From Candidatus Tayloriibacteriota bacterium (lineage in GTDB: Bacteria; Patescibacteriota; Minisyncoccia; Phycocordibacterales; PALSA-1337): a stretch of 64,000 nucleotides of DNA. The stretch spans positions 66,657 to 130,656 of the forward strand of contig JACRJP010000003.1 of assembly GCA_016215455.1 (NCBI GenBank), given 5' to 3'. Each line of letters opens with the position of its first letter. Position 1 is the stretch's first letter. This document shows, in pieces, positions 56,229 to 64,000 of the stretch. A program made the translations under genes and the position numbers. Under the pieces are notes generated by a model that saw only the letters and a list, made by a program, of their open reading frames with translations, searched no databases and had not been told where the DNA came from.

Positions 56229-56786
56229 ATGACTCAAGAGGACCGTTCAATTATCCTTCGTGCGCGTAAACTTGCACGCGAAGCTCATAAGTCAATTATC
56301 ATATCAACCCAATCAGGTGATATGTGTCCTCATGTCGAACACTTACAGGAAGTAGCTGATCTTGTTTGGGCAGCAGGTGGAACTACTACCGAAATAGCCG
56401 CGGCCTGGCTTCATGACTCAGTTGAAGACACTTCCGTAACAATCGAACAAATTAAAAAAGAATTCGGGGACGAAATAGCAAATATCGTCGATGGCCTCAC
56501 AGATAAAGATGACCTCAAAGGCCTACCCGCTCTAAAAAGAAAAAGTCTTCAAGCAGAAAGAATAACGAGTAAAAGTCATAGCATTAAAAAAATTAAAATA
56601 GCCGATCAAACATCTAACGTTCGTATTGTTGCGACTGATCCTATTAAAGATTGGACTTTTGATAGTAAGCGCGAATACGTCATGGGAGCAAAACTCATCG
56701 TAGATCAATGTCAAAATATTGACCCCCTCCTTAACACACTATTTGATACTGAATACACGAAAGCTGCAAAATATTTTGGAATTTAA
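56229..56786 (+). CDS. HD-domain (p)ppGpp hydrolase, small alarmone hydrolase (SpoT/RelA HD-domain-only) type
   Basis: ARKLAREAHK...H..EVA..V...GG..T.EIAAAWLHDSVEDTSVTIEQIKKEFGDEIANIVDGLTDK matches the Rel/SpoT hydrolase HD motifs. No synthetase domain. Confidence 0.65.
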   Translation: MTQEDRSIILRARKLAREAHKSIIISTQSGDMCPHVEHLQEVADLVWAAGGTTTEIAAAWLHDSVEDTSVTIEQIKKEFGDEIANIVDGLTDKDDLKGLPALKRKSLQAERITSKSHSIKKIKIADQTSNVRIVATDPIKDWTFDSKREYVMGAKLIVDQCQNIDPLLNTLFDTEYTKAAKYFGI

Positions 56787-56861
56787 GTTTCTAGTTGACT
56801 ATATTCTGTTTGAAGACTAGCATGGTGACAGACACCTTGTCCTCCCTATACCACTGAGTCT

Positions 56862-57440
56862 ATGACCTCCACCGCTGTCGCTCCCTCCTCTACCACCAAG
56901 AAACTGGAAGTGGGTTCGATCGTAAAGATTGACGCCACTGAAACCCGTTTCCATGAGTGCTACGGCATAATCATGGACATGAACAGTGATCTGAGACCCG
57001 AAGACGGGACGATCGCTGTATTTTTCGACCGGGAAGTTCCCGATCACGAATTCTTCGGTGATCGACACGCTCTTGAGATGTGGGCGACCAAAAAGCCCAC
57101 TCCCCAAAACTACAAAGACTGTCCTCGGGTAATGTGTTTTAAGGAGAGTGAACTCGAAATCATTGAGTCTGAACCAATTGAAATTTTGGTCAGGAGAAAG
57201 TTTGGAAACAACTTTCACTCAATTCATTCATTCAGTTTTCCCCTCAAACCCCACACCCATGCATGCCAACTCAAGGAATGTCAAAGTGACCTTCCGGCAA
57301 CTCACATCAGTTTGATCAACGTCTGGGGCTGCATTCAGACCGTATACACCTGTGAACCATGCAATAGCAAATGTCATGGGAAGCGAACAGATGGTGTTGA
57401 ACTCAAAAATCCTCTCCCCGGCTCTCCGCTGAGGACTTAA
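56862..57440 (+). CDS. Hypothetical protein with C-terminal Cys-rich region in a GC-elevated (~50%) segment
   Basis: 192-aa ORF, more plausible than the 133-aa antisense ORF at 56817-57218. C-terminal CxxC-rich region (HACQLKEC...CIQTVYTCEPCNSKCHGK). Confidence 0.35.
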   Translation: MTSTAVAPSSTTKKLEVGSIVKIDATETRFHECYGIIMDMNSDLRPEDGTIAVFFDREVPDHEFFGDRHALEMWATKKPTPQNYKDCPRVMCFKESELEIIESEPIEILVRRKFGNNFHSIHSFSFPLKPHTHACQLKECQSDLPATHISLINVWGCIQTVYTCEPCNSKCHGKRTDGVELKNPLPGSPLRT

Positions 57441-57457
57441 GGATCTGAGATTTTTAT

Positions 57458-59254
57458 TTAATCAGCCTTCATCATCTTGATGAATACATCCTGAGGAATA
57501 TTGACCTTACCCATCTCGGCCATTTTCTTCTTTCCTTCTTTCTGCTTTTCTCGAAGTTTCATTTTACGAGTAATGTCACCTCCATACATGTGTTGTGTGA
57601 CGTTCTTACGCATACCTGACAATGTTTCTGATGCAATAATACGACCCATCGCCTTACCTTGAATCTTAACCGTGAACATCTGACGAGGAAGTGCTTTTGC
57701 GAGACGCTCAACACTGATCTTTGCTTCTTCTTCCATACGGCGTCGAGAAACAACTCGAGTAAATGGTACAACGGGTTCATCAGCAACCAAGAGATCTAAA
57801 CGAACTACATCAGCAATCTTAGTTGGAAGCATTTCATATGAGATAGACGCATAGCCTGAGGTACAACTCTTGAGTGTGTCGAAAAAGCCTCGCATGAGTT
57901 CACGTAATGGCATATCGGCCTCAATCGACGCTCGACTCTCACCAAAAATATCTGAATCCCCTATGATCGCTTCATGTTCGTAGAGTAGTGTATTTATTTT
58001 TCCAACATATTCATGTGGAGTAATGATCTTAATACGAATCCATGGCTCCTGAACTTCAGCAATGAGATTATCTTCAGGAAAAAGAGATGGTGAGTAGATT
58101 ACATCCTCTTTTCCATTCTTATATTTAATATAGTACGTAATACTTGGAGTTGTCACAACGAGATCAAGATGAAATTCTCGACGGAGTCGTTCGGTGATAA
58201 TTTCAAGGTGGAGCATTCCAAGGAATCCACAACGATATCCTCGACCAAGTGTTCCTGATGATTCTTCTTCATACGTGTACGAAGAATCAGAAAGTGAAAG
58301 TCTTCCGAGAGCTTGTTTCAAAATATTAAGATCATCCTGACTTTCAGGATAGATAGAAGCCCACACCATTGGAATCGGCTTCATGTACCCTGGCAATGCA
58401 GGTAATGTTGAACGTTCATGCCCAACAGTGTCTCCAACAGAAGCTACACCCGGCTCTTTAATACCAGTTACGATATATCCAATCTCTCCCGGACCAATAA
58501 CCTCAACGGGAGTGTCATCAGGTTTAAAGACTCCAACTTCAAGAGCAAGAAATGTCTTACCTGAAATCTTAAATTCGAGTTTTTCATGACGACGAACTTC
58601 CCCGTTCATTGCACGAACATACACAATCACCCCCTTATGGTTTGAATATTGAAAATCAAAAACAAGTGATCGAAAATCTTTCTTCCCCACATTATCATCA
58701 ACTGGTGGTGGAATCTGTTTAATGATTTCATCAAGAAGAACGAGTACACCATCTCCTGTCTTACCCGACACCCCAAGAACAGAGTCAGGATCAACACCAA
58801 GAAGAGTTGCGATTTCTAATTTTACTTCATCAATACGAGCAAGTGGAGAGTCTATTTTTGAGACCACAGGAATGATACGAAGGCCTGCATCGCGCGCCAT
58901 ACCAAGCGTGGTAAGGGTTTGAGCTTGTACCCCCTGTGTTGCATCAACAAGAAGCAAACACCCTTCTACAGCCTTCATAGCACGTGATACTTCGTATGAG
59001 AAATCAATATGACCTGGTGTGTCGATGAGATTAAGGATGTACGGGGTACCATTTGAAACATACTCCATGCGTACCGGCTGCATCTTAATTGTGATTCCCT
59101 TTTCACGCTCCAATTCCATACTATCAAGCACCTGTTCCTGCATTTTACGCTTCTCTATAGTATTGGTAAGTTCAAGCATGCGATCAGCAAGCGTAGATTT
59201 TCCGTGGTCGATATGAGCGATGATACTAAAGTTTCGTATACGTGAGATATCCAT
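57458..59254 (-). CDS. lepA: Elongation factor 4 (LepA)
   Basis: G domain NFSIIAHIDHGKSTLADR, DTPGHIDF, and the LepA-specific C-terminal domain. 598 aa. Confidence 0.95.
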   Translation of the reverse strand: MDISRIRNFSIIAHIDHGKSTLADRMLELTNTIEKRKMQEQVLDSMELEREKGITIKMQPVRMEYVSNGTPYILNLIDTPGHIDFSYEVSRAMKAVEGCLLLVDATQGVQAQTLTTLGMARDAGLRIIPVVSKIDSPLARIDEVKLEIATLLGVDPDSVLGVSGKTGDGVLVLLDEIIKQIPPPVDDNVGKKDFRSLVFDFQYSNHKGVIVYVRAMNGEVRRHEKLEFKISGKTFLALEVGVFKPDDTPVEVIGPGEIGYIVTGIKEPGVASVGDTVGHERSTLPALPGYMKPIPMVWASIYPESQDDLNILKQALGRLSLSDSSYTYEEESSGTLGRGYRCGFLGMLHLEIITERLRREFHLDLVVTTPSITYYIKYKNGKEDVIYSPSLFPEDNLIAEVQEPWIRIKIITPHEYVGKINTLLYEHEAIIGDSDIFGESRASIEADMPLRELMRGFFDTLKSCTSGYASISYEMLPTKIADVVRLDLLVADEPVVPFTRVVSRRRMEEEAKISVERLAKALPRQMFTVKIQGKAMGRIIASETLSGMRKNVTQHMYGGDITRKMKLREKQKEGKKKMAEMGKVNIPQDVFIKMMKAD

Positions 59255-59294
59255 ACAGCGTGAATACTAGCAGAAATAAGAGAAAACTCCAGTT

Positions 59295-60971
59295 TTAATG
59301 AATGTCTTGCTCAGAAACAACCATTTTTACCTTAGTCACTTTGGTATGAAGAGTTGTCCATACATCTGACAATTCTTTACTCTTCAAGAGTTTGAGGATA
59401 ATGATACCAGCGAGTATTCCAATAATTCCAGCAAACAATCCCTGTAAGAAAATACCGATAAGAGTTGTAATATCGAATATCTTATCAAACAGATTAAGAC
59501 TCTCGTACGCTACAGTACCCATAATGATTGAAGCAGCGAATGTCTTCCAGAATACATCTCCGATAATAGACGAGACACCTTTAAAATCTCGTGCAAAGAT
59601 AAACCAAAGAACCAACGCATTAATAAGCATTGCTATGGTATAGCCAAGAGAGAGCATAAGAACTGAGGTACCTTGAATTCCTTCTACTCGCAATAGTGAT
59701 TCTATAAAACTCGCGAAAAATGTTGAAGTATTAAAGAACAATAGAGAGAGGTATGACACAACAACAATGAGAACTGCCCCTATAGCATTAATGATCAGTG
59801 GTTTCTTGGTCATTCCAGCGGCGTAATACCCACGAACAAGAAGAAGGATCACGGCTTGTGCCAAAGCTGAAACAGTAAATATCGCAAGACTCGCTGCAGT
59901 AAGACGAGTATCGTTCCAATCAAAGTTACCTGATCCTAAGACGGTACGTACTACCTGAGCACGGAGAACGATAAAGAGGACGGTAATAGGAATTGTCCAG
60001 AAGATAATATGTCGAAGTGACAAAACAATACTCTCAGCAAACTTATCAAGACTCCCCTCAGTAAAATATCGAGATAATGTCGGAAAGGCTGCAAGTGAAT
60101 AACTCACCCCTACCACCGATAAGGTTACCGATTGTAAATTCCATGCAAACGAAAATACAGAGATAGATCCTTCAATCATTTTTGATGCAAACGAAGTCAG
60201 TGCAATAAGCGATATACTCGATAATGATAGAGCACAGGTACGTGGAAGAGAAAGAAGGAAAACTTTTCGAGTTGCTTGCCAATCAATTTTACGGATAACA
60301 GCAGGTAGTAATTTCCTCTCCACAATAAATGGCAACTGCAACAATAAATGAAGCGTCGAACCAATGAGTACACCGTATACAATCCCCGGTAGACCTGCAA
60401 TAGGAAGAAGAACTGCAATACCGATGACAATACCGAGATTGTACACCACAGGACTAATAGCATACGCAACAAAACGTTGATGTGCCTGAGTAATACCTCC
60501 CAAAAAGTTTGAGATACCGAGAAGGATAGGTTGAAGCAAGAGGATGCGTGTCAGTAGAACAAGCTCCCCATGAGCCGCCACCGTCAATCCAGGATAGATG
60601 TACGAGAGAATTATTGGAGCTGCAATGAAAGCAATTACACTCGCTACAACCATAGCCGACAAAAAGACCGTAAAGAGACTGTCAACAAAGCGCTTTTCAT
60701 CTTCATAACTTTTTCCTAATCGCTCTACGATGAATGGAACAAGTACTGAGATCGAAACAGCCGATGCTATGAAAGCAGTGATGAAGTCTGGGATCTTAAA
60801 AGCAGCATAGTAAATATCGAGTGACTGCCCTGCTCCAAAGATATGAGCGAGCATACGATCTCGACCAAGAGCAAGTAACTGTGACAAAAACGAGAAGAAA
60901 GCCAAGAGATACGCAGCCTCATGTAACCCCCTCACTTCTTTATTGAGTACAGTAATAATCCTCTTAACCAT
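59295..60971 (-). CDS. murJ: Lipid II flippase MurJ (MviN family)
   Basis: N-terminal LALGRDRMLAHIFGAGQSLDIYYAAFKIPDF matches the MurJ signature. ~14 TM, 558 aa. Confidence 0.75.
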   Translation of the reverse strand: MVKRIITVLNKEVRGLHEAAYLLAFFSFLSQLLALGRDRMLAHIFGAGQSLDIYYAAFKIPDFITAFIASAVSISVLVPFIVERLGKSYEDEKRFVDSLFTVFLSAMVVASVIAFIAAPIILSYIYPGLTVAAHGELVLLTRILLLQPILLGISNFLGGITQAHQRFVAYAISPVVYNLGIVIGIAVLLPIAGLPGIVYGVLIGSTLHLLLQLPFIVERKLLPAVIRKIDWQATRKVFLLSLPRTCALSLSSISLIALTSFASKMIEGSISVFSFAWNLQSVTLSVVGVSYSLAAFPTLSRYFTEGSLDKFAESIVLSLRHIIFWTIPITVLFIVLRAQVVRTVLGSGNFDWNDTRLTAASLAIFTVSALAQAVILLLVRGYYAAGMTKKPLIINAIGAVLIVVVSYLSLLFFNTSTFFASFIESLLRVEGIQGTSVLMLSLGYTIAMLINALVLWFIFARDFKGVSSIIGDVFWKTFAASIIMGTVAYESLNLFDKIFDITTLIGIFLQGLFAGIIGILAGIIILKLLKSKELSDVWTTLHTKVTKVKMVVSEQDIH

Positions 60972-60980
60972 TTTGTGTCT

Positions 60981-63356
60981 TTATTGTGTATCTACCTGTG
61001 ATGAAGTCTTCTTATCGAGAGAATCCTTAACCGGTAACTTCTTTCGAGTTTCTGGCTTACTATCAATTGGTGGTTTTGCATCAGTAAAAGGACTCTTTCC
61101 TGCGATCAAGTTCTTCAGAATGAGCTCTACTTCTTGATTGTCAGGATTGAACTTCTGGATCTCAGTAAACTGAGCAATCGCATCTGTATACTTATTAAGT
61201 CGAGCATAACTCAAACCAAGGAAGTAGCGAGCATTTGAGTACTGAGGAGCATTTGTTACAGCCTTTTCAAAAGATTCAATTGCTAGCTGATAATTCTTAT
61301 CATTGTAGTACAAGAGACCGAGCTGGAAGAGTGCTGTTGGATTATTCGGATTAAGTTGTACAAGTGCCTGACTTGAAATGATAGCGTCCTTAATAGAACC
61401 TTCTGCGACCTGAATCTGAGATAGAAGGAAGATTGCATCAGTGAAGTTATTCTTTACCTGAAGTGCAGCTCCGATGTACTTCTTTGCTTCAGGATAATTC
61501 TTTCGAGCTACTTCAAGTTGAGCCAAAGAAAGATACAACGATGGATTCAACTGATTCACATTAATAGCAGCCGCATATGAACGCTGTGCATTTTCATACG
61601 CATCCTTCATCTGAATCGGCATTACTGACTCGTAGATTCGAGCAAACTCAACATAGTTCTGATAATTTTGTGCGTCATAGTTAACAGCATTCTGACTCGC
61701 AGCAAGAGCATTTGTAATATATGACTGTAATGCAGTAACAACTTGTTCACTACTACTTGTTGCTGTTGAAATAAGTCGATTAATCTTAAGAACATTTATT
61801 TCACTCAAAGCCTGATAGTACGATTCATGAGGAGCTAGACTCGCAGCACTCTGTAGTGCCTTTTCAGCAACATCAAGATCATTATTATTTCGAGAAAGAG
61901 TTACCAATGCACTCTGGAATTTTACTGAAGCTGTGTATTTAAGTAAGTACACATACAACCAAGAAAGTGACACAAGAATCACAACTCCCATTATGACAGA
62001 AGCAATGACCATCTTAATTCCCTTTTCTTGCCATACGAATACCTTTTTGAGAGTAGGATAATCAATAAAGTATGAACCAAGGAAGATTCCTGTAAATACA
62101 GCGAGGAGGGTAAGGATAACAAGAGATGGAGTAAAGAAGATACTCATTGCCCAAAGAAACGCAGCACCGAAGAATGATGAGAGGAGAACATAACGAGAAA
62201 ATAGATCACTTGGAGCTTGTCGTATTACCGTTACTCCCTTCTTAACAAAGAAGACCATAAAGACAACAAGGAGTAGGAGACTTGCAAGACCTCCAGTAAC
62301 AGCAAATGTAGGTATATATCCAATAGCTCCTGGGAAATCAACATTCCAGAACACTGTATTGTTAATAGCCTGAGGCTTGAACTTCAAATACTGAGAAGTG
62401 AATGTATTTGGACCTGAACCCAACAAAGGATCTTCTCGAAGAGTCTGGTATGCGAGATCAAACGTAAGCTGCCATGATGGACGAACATCGATTTGATTGA
62501 TACCGAAGTTAGTTGAAACAAATTGACCGATTGATGTTGAAGCTGTAACACCGATAATAGAAACAACGAGGACGACAATTGGGAGGAGGGCCTTCATTAT
62601 TGCCTGTCGTGTTGTTGTAGAGCTTCGAGCACCATTCCAGAGAGTAACAGCAAGAGCAAGACTAACAAAACCAAGGATGTACCAAACTGTTGTGAAGTTT
62701 ACATATGCAACCAAGAGGAGTGATGCAACGAGACTCACATACAAAAACACTTTAAATTTTCGACTCAAAGAGAGGAAAGATATTGTCACCATTGAAAGAA
62801 CAGCAATCAAACCAAAGTAGATTGCTACATCATTCCAATTTCCAATGAAGTTGGCTACAGGGTTTGTGAAAACACCGAACGATAACGCTGTTGGACCGAA
62901 CACGACTCGTACAACATGGAAGAGAGCTGTAAGAACAGCTGAGATAATGAAAGCTGTGTAGAAATGAAGTATTTTACTCTTGTCTCGAGCAATATATGCG
63001 ATAACGTATCCCAAAAGTACCAAAAGTAGGACGGTACTCGCTGTACCAACTTCAATACCGAGACCAAAAAGAGATTTACTCTGTGCTGCACTCAATAGTG
63101 CTGAGATGATGAGCACAATAGGGACACACACAATTGTGTATACAGAGACTGAACGGACCATTGTTACTGATCGTCCACGCAACTGATGTACGGAAAGTGC
63201 AATAAAAGCAACGAGTGTGCCTACTGCCAAGACAAACATCTTAGTCGCATCAAACGGAATAGATATCGATGGAATTGCTAATAAGGGGAGAAGAAAAACG
63301 GTTACCAAAGAGGCGTATAAAGCAACTTTCTCAAATATAGTCTGATTTGTGTTCAC
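60981..63356 (-). CDS. Large polytopic membrane protein with C-terminal TPR repeats (O-antigen ligase/Wzy-like + TPR architecture)
   Basis: ~500-aa N-terminal region with >10 TM helices and an R.DPLLGSGPNTF loop motif. C-terminal ~250 aa of TPR-like repeats (YYQALSEINV..., NYQNYVEFARIYES..., TALFQLGLLYYNDKNYQLAIESFEKA...). Confidence 0.4.
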   Translation of the reverse strand: MNTNQTIFEKVALYASLVTVFLLPLLAIPSISIPFDATKMFVLAVGTLVAFIALSVHQLRGRSVTMVRSVSVYTIVCVPIVLIISALLSAAQSKSLFGLGIEVGTASTVLLLVLLGYVIAYIARDKSKILHFYTAFIISAVLTALFHVVRVVFGPTALSFGVFTNPVANFIGNWNDVAIYFGLIAVLSMVTISFLSLSRKFKVFLYVSLVASLLLVAYVNFTTVWYILGFVSLALAVTLWNGARSSTTTRQAIMKALLPIVVLVVSIIGVTASTSIGQFVSTNFGINQIDVRPSWQLTFDLAYQTLREDPLLGSGPNTFTSQYLKFKPQAINNTVFWNVDFPGAIGYIPTFAVTGGLASLLLLVVFMVFFVKKGVTVIRQAPSDLFSRYVLLSSFFGAAFLWAMSIFFTPSLVILTLLAVFTGIFLGSYFIDYPTLKKVFVWQEKGIKMVIASVIMGVVILVSLSWLYVYLLKYTASVKFQSALVTLSRNNNDLDVAEKALQSAASLAPHESYYQALSEINVLKINRLISTATSSSEQVVTALQSYITNALAASQNAVNYDAQNYQNYVEFARIYESVMPIQMKDAYENAQRSYAAAINVNQLNPSLYLSLAQLEVARKNYPEAKKYIGAALQVKNNFTDAIFLLSQIQVAEGSIKDAIISSQALVQLNPNNPTALFQLGLLYYNDKNYQLAIESFEKAVTNAPQYSNARYFLGLSYARLNKYTDAIAQFTEIQKFNPDNQEVELILKNLIAGKSPFTDAKPPIDSKPETRKKLPVKDSLDKKTSSQVDTQ

Positions 63357-63430
63357 GGTACAATGTCCTAAATAATAATGTCATAAGTATATCAGAATTA
63401 TTCAAGAAAGTTTACTCTACCCTGTTAGCA

Positions 63431-63458
63431 AAAAACCACGGTTATGCCGTGGTTTTTT
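63431..63458. terminator. Hairpin terminator downstream of rnpB (minus strand)
   Basis: aaaaaCCACGGttatgCCGTGGtttttt, just past the RNase P RNA 3' end. Confidence 0.55.
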
Positions 63459-63464
63459 GATGTA

Positions 63465-63850
63465 TGTACCGATAAGCCGAGTTCTGTCACTCTACAGTAA
63501 AGTAAAGCGGACAATCATTTCTCTGGGATGTGAGTTACCTCACACCTCAAGCGGCACTCCGGTGGAAATATTTCTACAACACCGGCACGGCCTTGCACAG
63601 AAGTAAGGATTTTGCCGTTGCACCTTTTATATTTCTATAAAAGCTCACCTTCTCTTACGAGATCAGGTGCTCGATTCGTTTCCAAACCAAGCGTCTCTGT
63701 TCGCACCTCTTGTATTACTACAGACGGGCGTTACCCGCTACCCTGCTGCTTCACTTGCGTAAAGCCTGTGCTCGGACTTTCCTCAGATGTACTTGCGTAC
63801 ATCCGCGATTGTCTGGTACATACATACTATTATACCACAATATTAGATAA
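63465..63850 (-). ncRNA. rnpB: RNase P RNA, bacterial type A
   Basis: Reverse complement contains the P4 5' strand GAGGAAAGTCCGAGCAC (63771-63789), GCAGGGTAGCGGGTAACGCCCGT and GTGCGAACAGAGA blocks (cf. E. coli GGCAGGGTGCCAGGTAACGCC / GTGCAACAGAGAG), and the P4 3' strand ACAGAACTCGGCTTATCGG (~63470-63490). Ends are approximate (+/-15 nt). Confidence 0.8.
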
Positions 63851-64000
63851 ATTACAAAAATAAAAAACTGCAGTATATCTGTGCAACACCCCTCAAGATT
63901 CATACAAACTTAGGAACTGTTCGTGGGGTCTCTAACGGTTTATCTCTTCTAACCCTACGTCCTCCAGACTTTTTCCTGAATTCTCGTAAAGGACCATGTT

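Noticed and set aside
63612-63863. 83-aa ORF at the window end
   Set aside because: Lies entirely within the RNase P RNA gene on the opposite strand.

Overview
Low-GC (~40%) bacterial chromosome segment, standard code (TGA is a stop). The gene content is consistent with a reduced-genome Gram-positive-type or CPR/Patescibacteria-like organism, but that is inference, not established. Core genes flank the window: gyrA, rpsA, pth, lepB, rpsU, ybeY, ftsA, ftsZ, trxB, gmk, tsaD, valS, lepA and murJ. Five tRNAs (Glu, Ser, Val, Phe, Arg) and an RNase P RNA at the far end were read by hand. The dominant and most unusual feature is a ~21-kb block (7.0-28.8 kb). It holds eleven paralogous membrane-anchored LivK/LivJ-type substrate-binding protein genes. 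It has a single dispersed set of ABC core components (livF, livG, livH, livM). Five paralogous TrmB-like winged-helix regulator genes are each transcribed divergently from an SBP gene or operon. Two paralogous coiled-coil proteins bracket the transporter genes. Other notable items follow. A HisRS-like protein with degenerate catalytic motifs. A zinc-ribbon/RDD/pilin-like fusion gene inserted between ftsA and ftsZ. An AT-rich island with an HTH/LAGLIDADG-like ORF next to tRNA-Val. A sharply GC-rich (~60%) secreted-protein gene with its own terminator, a probable horizontal acquisition. Two smaller GC-elevated ORFs. A structured valS leader with an intrinsic terminator. A duplicated tRNA-Phe 5' fragment. 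Several hairpin terminators. No CRISPR array, rRNA or clear transposon was seen.
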